NCBI GenBank assembly: GCA_038064875.1
Contig: JBBTSC010000001.1
Span: 55,369-119,368 of the forward strand
DNA length: 64,000 nt
Source of the DNA: Patescibacteria group bacterium
Lineage (GTDB): Bacteria > Patescibacteriota > Saccharimonadia > Saccharimonadales > 2-12-FULL-41-12
Direction of reading: 5' to 3'
Below, one piece after another: positions 39,308 to 48,508 of this stretch; within the stretch, counting starts at the first letter, position 1; each line of letters begins with the position of its first letter. The notes beneath the pieces were generated by a model. The model did no database searches. It was not told where the DNA came from and saw only the letters and a program-made list of their open reading frames with translations. The position numbers were made by a program, and so were the translations under genes.

Positions 39308-40660
39308 ATGTCAGAATATGTTGTTTCGAAATATGGCGGGACTTCAATGGCTCAACCTGAAGTCGTTGCGTCTGTTGTTGAGTCGGATCCACGTCAGAAA
39401 GTTATTGTTGTATCTGCTCCTGGCAAATTGCAAGGTGATGATACAAAAGTTACCGATCTATTGATTGGCTATGCAGACAAGGTATATGGCAACAAAGAAG
39501 ATCCGAAAGAAGAACGAGATGAAATTGTTGAAAGGTTTGTCTCGGCATATAGCTCCCTGGGTGAAAGGGATATTTCAGTACTGAAAGATGATTTAAATGA
39601 TCAGCTTGAGGAACCCACTGCCCATATCTTCCCTTCCAAGGATGCAATTCTTTCTATTGGAGAAGAATTCAGTGCTAAATTTTTTGCACGGCTGACTGGC
39701 ACTAGATATGTTGACCCTCAGTTCTTTCGATTTAATCCCAATGGATTTGATCGGTCTAAGTCAGAAAAACTTATACTGGAGAGAGATTTATTGAGTCAGC
39801 CAGATAAAATAATAGTTCCGGGTTTTTATGGCTATCATGAAGCTGGTAATGTACGCTATGTATTTGATAGAGGTGGCTCTGATCGGAGTGGAGCAATATT
39901 AGCCGTAGCCTTGGGCGTTGATTACCAGAACTGGACAGATAAGAGTGGAATTTTTAGTGGCGACCCTTCGGTTGTATATAATCCAGCAGTTATACCTGTG
40001 CTGACTCGGGATGAGCTACGAGAAGGTGCTCATGGAGGAAATCCTGTACTGCAAGGCGACACAATAGTTGATTTAGCAGGAAGCAATACAGTCGTGAATA
40101 TTAGGAATACATTTGACGCAACCGCTGAAGGCTCTTTGGTTGTTCCCTCCCGGGAAGACCAAGAATTCGATCCAGAGAATATAGTAGTTGCTGTGACTGG
40201 CCGTGATGATGCAACTCAATTGACAGTTAGAGATATGGGTATGTCATCCAGGGTTGGGTACGTTGAGTCCCTGACTAAGAAATTAAAAGATGCTGGTGTG
40301 TCTTTGCAACACGTGCCAACTTCACAAGATACTCTTTCTATTGTTATCCACGATAACCCAGAATCAGACCTAGACAGATTAGCTGAATTGAGCAAATTCG
40401 TAGAAGGACATAGTGCAAGTGCAAATCCAAAAATAACTGTTGAGAAAAAAGGGATGGTTTATTTAATAGGAGAAGGTTTGCGGTCTGCTCACTATCAGCA
40501 AGCAAAAGCTATTAGAGCAATGCAGATAGCTGAGAGTCTAGGTATTGCAATAATGCCGGTTATAGCTCCGAACAGCCCAAGTATTGCTTTTGCAACAGAG
40601 CGAGGAGAAGTTGACAATCTTGTTCGTGAAATTCATAAAAAAGAAATTGAAAAACTCTAA
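39308..40660 (+). CDS. lysC: Aspartate kinase
   Basis: VSKYGGTSMA, VVSAPGK, KVTDLL, RGGSD, ACT-like C-terminus; TTGACA-N17-TAAAAT promoter upstream. Confidence 0.85.
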   Translation: MSEYVVSKYGGTSMAQPEVVASVVESDPRQKVIVVSAPGKLQGDDTKVTDLLIGYADKVYGNKEDPKEERDEIVERFVSAYSSLGERDISVLKDDLNDQLEEPTAHIFPSKDAILSIGEEFSAKFFARLTGTRYVDPQFFRFNPNGFDRSKSEKLILERDLLSQPDKIIVPGFYGYHEAGNVRYVFDRGGSDRSGAILAVALGVDYQNWTDKSGIFSGDPSVVYNPAVIPVLTRDELREGAHGGNPVLQGDTIVDLAGSNTVVNIRNTFDATAEGSLVVPSREDQEFDPENIVVAVTGRDDATQLTVRDMGMSSRVGYVESLTKKLKDAGVSLQHVPTSQDTLSIVIHDNPESDLDRLAELSKFVEGHSASANPKITVEKKGMVYLIGEGLRSAHYQQAKAIRAMQIAESLGIAIMPVIAPNSPSIAFATERGEVDNLVREIHKKEIEKL

Positions 40661-41352
40661 TCTTCTAGTATTTTGTAATCATCTTGAAAATTGAGATCGT
40701 AATTACCTAAACTCGTTCGGTGGAGTTTTGTGACTTTGTAGCCAAGTGCTTCAAAAGTTCTACGGATCTGGCGATTCCTACCTTCGTACATAGTTATACT
40801 GAGTTCGCCCGGGTTCTTTCCTCTATCAATTATGAATTTGCTCAGTCCGTCGTCAAGAGTAATCCCTTTGTCGCTGATCATTTGTTGGTGCAGTGGCTCT
40901 AGATTTTTATCTAACGTAACATTATATATTTTAGCTTTGTGGTATTTTGGGTGAGTTAGTTGATCGATGATATCCCCGCTGTTAGTCATTAGTACCAGCC
41001 CAGATGAATCTTTATCTAGTCTGCCAGCTATCTTGAGCTCGCTAAAAGACTGGGGTAACAGGTCGTAAATGGTTGGACTGCCCTGCCCATCTCTACTGCA
41101 GACATAACCGGTAGGTTTGTTAAGAACAATTACTGTTGTCTTTTCTGGCTCTGATATCTCAGATACAAGCGAATATTGTTTGTTTGTTTTTGGATCAGAA
41201 AGTTCTATAACGTCGCCGGACTTAAGCTTGCATCCTAGCTCGGCATCTTTTTGGTTGACTGTTATAAGATTTTTTTCTATCAGACTGTCGACGTATCGCC
41301 TTGATAAGCCTGTTTTATTAGCAATAAATTTGTTTAGACGTATATCTTTCAA
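40657..41352 (-). CDS. RsuA/RluB-family pseudouridine synthase
   Basis: S4 domain; GRLDKDSSGL; EGRNRQIRR. Confidence 0.92.
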   Translation of the reverse strand: MKDIRLNKFIANKTGLSRRYVDSLIEKNLITVNQKDAELGCKLKSGDVIELSDPKTNKQYSLVSEISEPEKTTVIVLNKPTGYVCSRDGQGSPTIYDLLPQSFSELKIAGRLDKDSSGLVLMTNSGDIIDQLTHPKYHKAKIYNVTLDKNLEPLHQQMISDKGITLDDGLSKFIIDRGKNPGELSITMYEGRNRQIRRTFEALGYKVTKLHRTSLGNYDLNFQDDYKILED

Positions 41353-42956
41353 AGCGAAATGCTACTGTTAGGATCTGGGGCGGGCGCTGGTGTAACAGGT
41401 ACGGATGGTGTTGTTGGTGGTTGTTCTACTTTACCTTTCGGGCTTATTACGGAGTTAGCTGGTGGATTTTCTAGTCCCGCCTTGGCTTGTTCTTTAGCGA
41501 GTAATTCATTGAGATCAGGCTTTGAGTTAAGGTCGTTGATTGGATTGATGGTCTTTCTGCCGTCTTGGTCCTCTATAATTCCTCCGGTGTTCGTTGGAGG
41601 GGGCGGTACTGTTTCCGGTTGGAATGAAGGTGGTGCTTGCGTTGGCGAGATCACTACAGGGTCTGGGACTGCATATGGATCTTCCTTTTTGGTCTCATCA
41701 GGTTTGGTTGACTCTTCTTCTTTTGGAGCAGGTGCTGATTCTGTTGTCGGTGTAATAACGCTACTTAGTTCCCCGCCGTTTGCAACAGTTGGTGCTGTTG
41801 AGGTTATTGTTGCGTCACTTCCGGTTGATTTTATTTCTTTTTCTAATTCTTTTTCTACATCTTCTAGAGCTTCATTTAGGCTTGGGCCAATAGCTGGTGT
41901 GGTAGGAGTCTCTGATTCGTTGTTTTGCCCTGGAAGCTCTGGTTTTGCCACAACTGGCTCGTCAGGTTCTGAAGTGCTAGATTGTGAATCGTCTGAGCTT
42001 GTTGGGCTATTGTCATCAGTAGGAGCTTGAACTGATGGTGAGCTTACTCCTGGTAGAGATCCTGCAGTGTCTTCTGCTGTGGCAGTATCGTCTGGCAGGT
42101 TGACTTGAATTGGTGAAGCTGGTTGATCGGTGGTAGCGTTGTCCGCAGATGGTATTGTTGCATCGGTTGAGTTAGTGGCTTGCTGATCGTCAGCTACTGG
42201 GGGTGTTGTAGACGTAGGGCTTTGAACAGGCTCACTAGGAGTGGGAGGAGTTTCGGGGACTATACTCTCAGGAGTCGGTGATTCAGAAGGAGTTACTATC
42301 TCTGGCTCTGGAGTGCTAGCTATTTCTTCTGATGGGTTCGCAGACGTATCGGCACTAGAAGTTGATTCTGTGACTTCTGGTGTTGGTGGAGTTGCTGGGA
42401 CTATTTCTGGTGCCTCTGTAACTGGTATCGAGCTAGCGACTGGTTCTGGTTGAGGATTGGTCGCAATCTCAGGTTGTTCCTCTGACGTTTCTGAAGTTGT
42501 TGGAGTAGGTTCTTCTTCTGTTGCAACTGGGCTTAGTGCAGGTGTATCGTCAGTAGTCTCTGTGCTTGAAGTGTTTGCTGGATCTTCCTGATCACCCAGG
42601 ACTTCTTTCACTGTCTTGACAACGTCTTCGAGAGTGACTTGTGATTTTACAAGGTATTTGTCAGCACCTAATTTGTTGGCTCTTTCCTGGTCTTCTGCTT
42701 GTGATAAGGCGGTCATCATAATAACTTTGGTATTTTGGGTTTCAGGAGCGTTCCTGAGGATATCAAGCATATCAAAGCCACTGATTTTAGGCATCATGAC
42801 ATCAGAAACTATAAGTTCAGGCTTTTCTTTGACTGCAAGTGCAAGTGCTTCTTCCCCGTCTTGAGCAAAAACTATCTCGTAACCTTCAGCTGACAAGCGT
42901 GCACCATAGATCTCTCTAAGATTGTTGTCGTCTTCAACCAGCATTATTTTTGTCAT
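41349..42956 (-). CDS. Response regulator receiver domain with a ~400 aa disordered P/T/S/E-rich tail
   Basis: VEDD, DVMMP, MTA, K receiver motifs followed by a low-complexity region. Confidence 0.88.
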   Translation of the reverse strand: MTKIMLVEDDNNLREIYGARLSAEGYEIVFAQDGEEALALAVKEKPELIVSDVMMPKISGFDMLDILRNAPETQNTKVIMMTALSQAEDQERANKLGADKYLVKSQVTLEDVVKTVKEVLGDQEDPANTSSTETTDDTPALSPVATEEEPTPTTSETSEEQPEIATNPQPEPVASSIPVTEAPEIVPATPPTPEVTESTSSADTSANPSEEIASTPEPEIVTPSESPTPESIVPETPPTPSEPVQSPTSTTPPVADDQQATNSTDATIPSADNATTDQPASPIQVNLPDDTATAEDTAGSLPGVSSPSVQAPTDDNSPTSSDDSQSSTSEPDEPVVAKPELPGQNNESETPTTPAIGPSLNEALEDVEKELEKEIKSTGSDATITSTAPTVANGGELSSVITPTTESAPAPKEEESTKPDETKKEDPYAVPDPVVISPTQAPPSFQPETVPPPPTNTGGIIEDQDGRKTINPINDLNSKPDLNELLAKEQAKAGLENPPANSVISPKGKVEQPPTTPSVPVTPAPAPDPNSSISL

Positions 42957-42996
42957 ATTTTTGATCCCACTCTTTTCATTATTAAAATACTTACGG

Positions 42997-44778
42997 TTAT
43001 TGTACCACATTCTCCTGTTTTGCAACACTTACCGGCTGGGGGTTGGTTTGAGGGTTTTGGTTGATTGCATTTTGGGCTTGGGCGTAGTCTAGCCGTGGTA
43101 GATTTATGAAGAATGTGCTTCCTTTGCCCACTTCACTTTCTGCCCAGATTGTTCCACCATACAATTCAACAATCTTTTGACATATGAATAATCCTAGGCC
43201 CGTTCCGCCGATGGTGCGTGTTGCTGAATTATCGACTCTATAGAATTTCTGAAAAAGGTGCTTGAGGTCTTCTTTTGGTATGCCAGGGCCAGTGTCTTTG
43301 ACAAAAATCTGAATAATCTTTTCGTCGCCGGTAAGACCGAGGCTCACCTTCCCGCTATCAGTGTATTTAACTGCATTGTCAAATACATTTGTTATGACTT
43401 CGCGGATTCTATCTGGGTCTACCATTACGTAATAAACAGGTTCAACATTCTGAAGATACGAAGTTGTCGCTGTTGTATCTGTAGTACCACTGTGCGGGGT
43501 GTTCATGATAAGCTCTACTTCTAGTCCCTTTTTTTCCGCAGAAAAGTGTAGATCCTGACTAAGCTTTTCGATAAAGTCTCTCATCTCTACTGCGGTTGGA
43601 TGGCTTGTCAATCTGCCATCTTCCGCTTTTGCACTTGTGAGTAAGTCCTGAAAAAGTTTGCCGAGGTGTTGGGTACTTGAATGGGCTTTATCTAAGTAGT
43701 CACGAGCTTTGGAATCAATCGTGCTGACTTTGTCATTCATAGCTAGGGCTAGGTATCCCTCTATAGCTGCTACTGGTGTGCGCATCTCATGACTAGCTGT
43801 TGAGATAAATTCGGCTCTTTGTTGCTCTTGTTTTTTCTCTTGAGATACGTCGCGAAGCACCGCTATGGCTCCGACAACATTATCATGATGAGGCGGTACT
43901 ATAGGTGAAATCACTAGAGAGATGTAGCGTTTCTGGCTATCTTTGCCGAGGATCTCTACCGTAGCACTATAGTCTTTTTTATCCGCTAAGACTTTCCTGA
44001 AAGGGTGATTTACGAAGTCAACACTTTTGAGGGATTTACTGTCTTGCATGATATTAAGCACGGCTACACCATCAAAGCCTAATGCTTCTTTGACAGACCA
44101 GCCTACTATCTCAGAGGCTTTTTTGTTAATCAAGCTGACATTACCGACTTTGTCGATTACGATGATACCGTCTGCTATGGATTGGATAAGTATCTCGGCT
44201 TGTTTTTCTTTGCCCATAATCTCGCCTTTGAGATTGATTATTCTCTGGCTTTCCTGATCTATATATTGGTTTCTCCAAGCAAAAAAGGACATGATACAAA
44301 CTACATAGGTGACGATTACTGCTCCTATAGCTAAGATGTCAAAACCACCTTCTTTGGTTAGTACAGGAAGCATGATTATCAGGTATGTCGTGGTCAGAAG
44401 CCCAGACCCGATTATTGGAAAAATTCCGATTGTACCGGTGAAAAAGTACATTATCAAGAGGATAAAGTAATACCAAGAGTGCGCCCACCCAGTTACACTG
44501 AGCAGATGGATTACCCCAGCTAGTTGTATCAAGGAATAGATAAATGCTGCAAAATTTATGCCATTTATCCTTTCAAAATATCTGTAAAGTGTGACCCGAA
44601 ATAACAATATGGATATACCAATTACCAGGGTAATTAGATCCATTCCCCACTCTTCTGCTAGGAAATTGAGGCTAGGTATAAACATCGCTCCAAGAGAAAG
44701 AACGATGACAGTAATAGCGTTAAGGTTAATCCACCAGGCATAGCCGATATACCACCTTTTATCGACAGCTTCCATCAT
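42997..44778 (-). CDS. Membrane PAS histidine kinase
   Basis: SHEMRTP, NAVKY, DTGPGI, GTGLGL; five or six TM segments. Confidence 0.93.
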   Translation of the reverse strand: MMEAVDKRWYIGYAWWINLNAITVIVLSLGAMFIPSLNFLAEEWGMDLITLVIGISILLFRVTLYRYFERINGINFAAFIYSLIQLAGVIHLLSVTGWAHSWYYFILLIMYFFTGTIGIFPIIGSGLLTTTYLIIMLPVLTKEGGFDILAIGAVIVTYVVCIMSFFAWRNQYIDQESQRIINLKGEIMGKEKQAEILIQSIADGIIVIDKVGNVSLINKKASEIVGWSVKEALGFDGVAVLNIMQDSKSLKSVDFVNHPFRKVLADKKDYSATVEILGKDSQKRYISLVISPIVPPHHDNVVGAIAVLRDVSQEKKQEQQRAEFISTASHEMRTPVAAIEGYLALAMNDKVSTIDSKARDYLDKAHSSTQHLGKLFQDLLTSAKAEDGRLTSHPTAVEMRDFIEKLSQDLHFSAEKKGLEVELIMNTPHSGTTDTTATTSYLQNVEPVYYVMVDPDRIREVITNVFDNAVKYTDSGKVSLGLTGDEKIIQIFVKDTGPGIPKEDLKHLFQKFYRVDNSATRTIGGTGLGLFICQKIVELYGGTIWAESEVGKGSTFFINLPRLDYAQAQNAINQNPQTNPQPVSVAKQENVVQ

Positions 44779-44816
44779 GACCTAGTTATTATATCTTAAA
44801 AACACTTATGTTTTAA

Positions 44817-44977
44817 TAGGCCTCTCTCAAAACCCCTCTCAACCCTAAACTACCCTTTCTGGTAAAACCCAGGCAAAGTTTCGCACCATGCCTATGGGCA
44901 TGCTTTGTCGCTTTGCCTGGGTTTAAAACTCAGAAAATATTGATTTTATGATTTGAGGGGGGTTTGAAAGAGGCCTA
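44817..44977. mobile_element. ~162 bp palindromic element at the umuC stop codon
   Basis: TAGGCCTCT/AGAGGCCTA termini; AAACCCAGGCAAAG/CTTTGCCTGGGTTT; apex CATGCC-TATG-GGCATG; TAATAG direct repeat at 44814 and 44976. Confidence 0.87.
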
Positions 44978-46249
44978 ATAGATTTTGGGTAGTTGTTGCC
45001 AATCTGTAGTGTAGCTAGGGCTAACATCTCTTTTTCTAGGCAACCACTTCTTCGATATGTCTTGTGTTGCATAGTGGATTTTTTCTCTGCCATATCTTTT
45101 GTTGATGCTATCTACATTTTTCATAAAACTATTCTTATCACTCTGTGACAGAGTTTCGTCACGGTCAAATAGGCCTATTTGTGGTATTTTTGCCTCGGAC
45201 ACTAAATCTGATAACACTACCCCAGCACGGTGGTACTGAACATGACTGTCGAAAATATCTAAAAATAATTGATTGGCTACGGATATCAGTTGGCCAGTAT
45301 TTGATGACGGGTAATTGAGTTGTAGTGATTTGGAATTTTTGGAATAATTATTTTTAAATCTACTTGAAGTGACAAAAATAGATATTCGCTGAGCTATTTG
45401 CTGATCTTTTCTGAGATTAAAGCCTGCCCTCGCTACGAGGTTGGCTATTGCTGACTGTACGTCATTGATTTCATTTGTGTCATGTCCAAATGTGCGAGTA
45501 GCGCTAATCATCTTTTGGGGCTTTGTGGTGACTTTTATGTTGTAGCATGCGGTGCCTTTGAGCTCTAAGAATAATCTTTCTCCCATCACAGATCCAGTTA
45601 TTTGTCGGATTTTGGACCTGCTGGCGTTTGCTATATCTAGTGCATTGCCAAAGCCTTCTATACGGAACTTTGGAGCGTTCTTACGCCCAATCCCCCAGAT
45701 ATCTTCAATCTTTATCTCTCTCAAGCGTTCATCTTGTGGTTTAAGGATGGCAACGCCGTTTTTGTTAGAGATTTTTTTGGCGAGTTCGCTGGCTAGTTTT
45801 GCGAGTGTTTTGGTTGGTCCAATGCCTATTGATACCGGGACGCCAATATGTCGAAATATCATATCGCGTAACTCTCTGCCCCACCGCTCATAGTCGTCTA
45901 TTTTGATATCAGAAATATCTAGAAATGACTCATCAATTGAATAGACCTCCATGATTGGTATTTGACTGGATAATAGTTCTGTTATGCGCCTAGATATATC
46001 ACCATATAGATGGAAGTTGGCAGAAAATAAAACGACGTTGTTCTCTTCAATAGTGTTTTTATACTTAAACATTGGTGCCCCCATTGGTATACCAATAGCC
46101 TTTGCCTCATTGCTTCTGGCAACAGCACAGCCATCGTTACTGCTCATGACGACGACCGGCTTATCCGCTAGATCAGGGCGAAAAATCCTCTCGCAAGATA
46201 CAAAGAAATTATTACAGTCGACAAGTGCAAAAATTTTCTCTTTTGTCAC
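44975..46249 (-). CDS. umuC: Y-family DNA polymerase (UmuC-like)
   Basis: DCNNFFVSCE, SSNDGC, YSIDE, SPSYTT.W; GTGA overlap with the upstream gene. Confidence 0.93.
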   Translation of the reverse strand: MTKEKIFALVDCNNFFVSCERIFRPDLADKPVVVMSSNDGCAVARSNEAKAIGIPMGAPMFKYKNTIEENNVVLFSANFHLYGDISRRITELLSSQIPIMEVYSIDESFLDISDIKIDDYERWGRELRDMIFRHIGVPVSIGIGPTKTLAKLASELAKKISNKNGVAILKPQDERLREIKIEDIWGIGRKNAPKFRIEGFGNALDIANASRSKIRQITGSVMGERLFLELKGTACYNIKVTTKPQKMISATRTFGHDTNEINDVQSAIANLVARAGFNLRKDQQIAQRISIFVTSSRFKNNYSKNSKSLQLNYPSSNTGQLISVANQLFLDIFDSHVQYHRAGVVLSDLVSEAKIPQIGLFDRDETLSQSDKNSFMKNVDSINKRYGREKIHYATQDISKKWLPRKRDVSPSYTTDWQQLPKIY

Positions 46250-46560
46250 TTTTTTCCTCTGCGAAGGTGTATGGTAGCTGTCACTACACCCCATGGTTCA
46301 GTTTGACTAGCGAATTTCTCTAGGGAAAATTGATCATCAGCGATTACTGCGACTAAGTCGCCCTTTTTCGGCGATAGTGCGCGGTCAATTATGGCAATAT
46401 CATTTTTATAGATGCCAATATCTTCCCACTGCGTGGCCTCTACATTGAATAAATAGGTGCTGACACTTGATCTGATAAGTAGCTTGTTGAGATCGAGCGG
46501 TGTGCTGTCGGCATCTAAGCTAGCGTTTGGAAACCCCTTGTTTATGCGAACATTATCCAT
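46246..46560 (-). CDS. umuD: UmuD-like S24 protein, short and lacking catalytic residues
   Basis: GFPNA..D...LDLN.LL, DRAL.P..GD.V, WGVVT; translationally coupled to umuC. Confidence 0.8.
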   Translation of the reverse strand: MDNVRINKGFPNASLDADSTPLDLNKLLIRSSVSTYLFNVEATQWEDIGIYKNDIAIIDRALSPKKGDLVAVIADDQFSLEKFASQTEPWGVVTATIHLRRGKK

Positions 46561-46609
46561 ACCTATATAGTACTCAGTATATGGTCCACAGTAAACAAAT
46601 GATCAAAGT

Positions 46610-46981
46610 CTAGATTTCAATTTGATCGATAAACCCTGCAAGTTCTACGGGTGTAATTTCTGCCTTTATCAGGTAGCCGTCGGCATCTTTTTCTATAGAT
46701 TTGCGAGTTTCTTCGTCATGCTCTAGGTTGGTGGCTATAATGATTTTGCTTTTGATCTCTGGATGTTCATATTTTATTTTCTTCAAGATATCAACACCTA
46801 GGATCCCCGGAACCATGATATCGAGCAAGATAATATCGAAATTGCCTGTGAGTGCTTCTTCTAGGCCTTTGTCGCCTGATTCGGCAACAGTTACCATATA
46901 TCCAGCTTGCAAAAGCGCTCTTTTATAGAGTTCGCCGATGAATTTCTCATCTTCTATAATCAGTATTTTCTTTGCTTCCAT
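46610..46981 (-). CDS. Single-domain response regulator
   Basis: IEDE, LDIMVP, TNL, YLIK. Confidence 0.9.
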   Translation of the reverse strand: MEAKKILIIEDEKFIGELYKRALLQAGYMVTVAESGDKGLEEALTGNFDIILLDIMVPGILGVDILKKIKYEHPEIKSKIIIATNLEHDEETRKSIEKDADGYLIKAEITPVELAGFIDQIEI

Positions 46982-46984
46982 GGG

Positions 46985-48496
46985 TTAATTCCTATTTAGT
47001 CGATGGTTTTTTATCCAGCCATGACTGCCTCTAATTATAGACTGGTCATCTGTATTTTGACTAGCAACCTCACTATATCTGTGAAGGGTAAAAGTAAATT
47101 CACTACCAGAGCCATCTTTACTCCTTGCTGAGATCACCCCGCCATGTGCGTTGACAATAGCTCTACAGATATAGAGACCAAGTCCCGTTCCTGCGACGCG
47201 AACTTTGTTGCGATGGTTTCGTGAAAACTTTTCAAATATGTGTGGCATGACAGACTCTGGTATTCCTTCACCATGATCCTTGACGGTGGTTTCGATAAAT
47301 CCTTCGCTATTGAGCTTCGTAGAGATATCAATATCTGCTGTTGTTTTGCTACTGTATTTGATTGCGTTATCAATGAGGTTGACTAAGACTTCAGTTATTG
47401 TTGTAGGGTCTGCGCCAACTGATGGTAAATTATCTGGGATCTCCAGATTTATTTTTTTATCAAAAACTTCTGCTCTGGTTTTTGTCTGTACGACGACTCT
47501 TTGGAGGAGTTCAGACCAGTTGGTTTCGCTGAGGGTAAGCTTTAGCTCTTGCTTATCAAATCGAGCTACATGCAGTATATTGCTGACAAAAAATGACAGA
47601 CTATCAACGGAAGCGCGCATTCTTTTTACATAGTCTCTGAGTTCGTTGTTGTCGCCTGTTTCTTGCTCCATAACTTCTGCGTAACCGCGAAGAATTGTTA
47701 GCGGTGTTCTGAGTTCGTGGACTGCAAGAGCGATGAAGCTAAAGGCATCTTCTTCTGCAGAATATTTGTCGAGTTGATCAAAGAAGCAAAGCAATGTGTC
47801 TGTTCCGGCGGAGCTGTGCTTGCTATAGCTGGCAGAAAGGTCATAGTAGTGATAGTCCTCGCTATTCTTGCTGGCAAGACCCACACGCGACCAAGATTTG
47901 CTGTCAGTGACTTGGTTGGCTCCACTTGTCTTTAGCCACTCAACGATATCGTTACCAGCTTCGTCTAAATTAAATACTTCGTTAAATTTTTTGCCGACAA
48001 CTGTGTCAGCTATGTTCGCAAGTTGGCTAGCGTGAGCGTTAGATAACTTTATGTTTCCTTCCTGGTCGATACCGATAATAGGCATTTTTATAAGATCTAG
48101 TATTGGCTCGGTGGTGTTTTTTGCAACTTCTGACTTAGTATGGGTTCCTGATAAATCATATATTTGCCTCACGACAGTACTGGTAAGTTCCCTGCCCAGG
48201 TGTATCTTATCTAGGTTGGGAGCGGACGCAGACTTATTTTTGGGGTCTACATGATAGACAGCACTGGCTATAAAAGATAAGGGTTTGGTGATGGTTTTAT
48301 TGAGTAACACACTTATAACAAGGCTGAAAATAGTCATAACGGTTACAAAGACGCCTAGCCTGACTAGAAAGCTAAATTCAGTGTATTTCTCTAGCCCAAG
48401 CCACGCCAGTATAGCGACGCCTGCGATTAACAGCAGTGAGAATAAAATAATGCTTTGCGTTTTATCAATAAATTGCTGTAAATTACTTTTGCTCAT
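46985..48496 (-). CDS. Sensor histidine kinase
   Basis: HELRTP, NAIKY, DHGEGI, GTGLGL. Confidence 0.92.
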   Translation of the reverse strand: MSKSNLQQFIDKTQSIILFSLLLIAGVAILAWLGLEKYTEFSFLVRLGVFVTVMTIFSLVISVLLNKTITKPLSFIASAVYHVDPKNKSASAPNLDKIHLGRELTSTVVRQIYDLSGTHTKSEVAKNTTEPILDLIKMPIIGIDQEGNIKLSNAHASQLANIADTVVGKKFNEVFNLDEAGNDIVEWLKTSGANQVTDSKSWSRVGLASKNSEDYHYYDLSASYSKHSSAGTDTLLCFFDQLDKYSAEEDAFSFIALAVHELRTPLTILRGYAEVMEQETGDNNELRDYVKRMRASVDSLSFFVSNILHVARFDKQELKLTLSETNWSELLQRVVVQTKTRAEVFDKKINLEIPDNLPSVGADPTTITEVLVNLIDNAIKYSSKTTADIDISTKLNSEGFIETTVKDHGEGIPESVMPHIFEKFSRNHRNKVRVAGTGLGLYICRAIVNAHGGVISARSKDGSGSEFTFTLHRYSEVASQNTDDQSIIRGSHGWIKNHRLNRN

Positions 48497-48508
48497 TGAT
48501 GTTTATTC

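Noticed and set aside
41359-42453. Antisense ORFs opposite the response-regulator tail
   Set aside because: Mirror of low-complexity P/T/S codons
46561-46609. SOS box upstream of umuD
   Set aside because: TACTCAGTATATGGTCCACAGTA has the wrong spacing for CTGT-N8-ACAG, and no GTTC-N7-GTTC is present
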